NCBI GenBank assembly: GCA_015680685.1
Contig: MNCI01000520.1
Span: forward strand, 960,176 to 1,024,175
From: Gnetum montanum
Taxonomy: Eukaryota > Plantae > Gnetophyta
Direction of reading: 5' to 3'
DNA length: 64,000 nucleotides
The notes under the pieces are model-generated. The model was not told where the DNA came from, made no database searches, and saw only the letters and a program-made list of their open reading frames with translations. Positions 63,891 through 64,000 of the stretch are shown here, piece after piece. How positions within the stretch are numbered: the first letter of the stretch is position 1; each line of letters opens with the position of its first letter. Made by a program: the position numbers and the translations under genes.

Positions 63891-64000
63891 CTAAGTGTTT
63901 GTGCGCTAAGTAGAACATAGGAAATTACTCACATCGTTGGGAGCATAAACAAAACCTTAGGGTTAATTAAAATAAAAATTATATAACAATAAAATTAGCA

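Larger units (their letters stand above)
63079..64000 (+). mobile_element. 5' end of an Athila-like Ty3/Gypsy element nested in the RNase H of C
   Basis: An LTR followed by a tRNA-Asp PBS interrupts pol abruptly. Confidence 0.85.

Overview
Eukaryotic, land-plant-type heterochromatic DNA made almost entirely of nested, C-to-T-eroded retrotransposons; no intact host gene was found. From left to right: (1) the 3' end and LTR of an Athila-like Ty3/Gypsy element with a decayed coiled-coil extra ORF (1-2536); (2) three old AT-rich L1-like LINE remnants (2537-10970); (3) a full-length 18-kb Tat-clade Ty3/Gypsy element 'A' on the minus strand (11402-29465; 1.7-kb LTRs, tRNA-Asn PBS, RT-RH-aRH-INT); (4) a younger GC-rich L1-like LINE with poly-A and TSD (30384-36711); (5) an older related Tat element 'C' (from 36836), interrupted by (6) a second full-length copy 'B' of family A (38694-56376, plus strand) and by (7) another Athila-like element (63079 to the window end). 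Main observation: A and B both carry, between protease and reverse transcriptase, a 4.4-kb antisense gene with conserved GT-AG introns. It encodes a roughly 1100-aa protein in which an FCP1/NIF (CTD-phosphatase-like HAD) domain with eroded catalytic motifs is fused to a plant-transposon-protein-like domain and a coiled-coil region. The GC-rich LINE independently carries an extra 3' ORF with a similar transposon-protein-like domain. Each element family also scatters its own short motif through its non-coding DNA, which suggests, as a hypothesis only, element-encoded sequence-specific regulators or anti-silencers. Domain assignments are by manual motif recognition; no searches were run.
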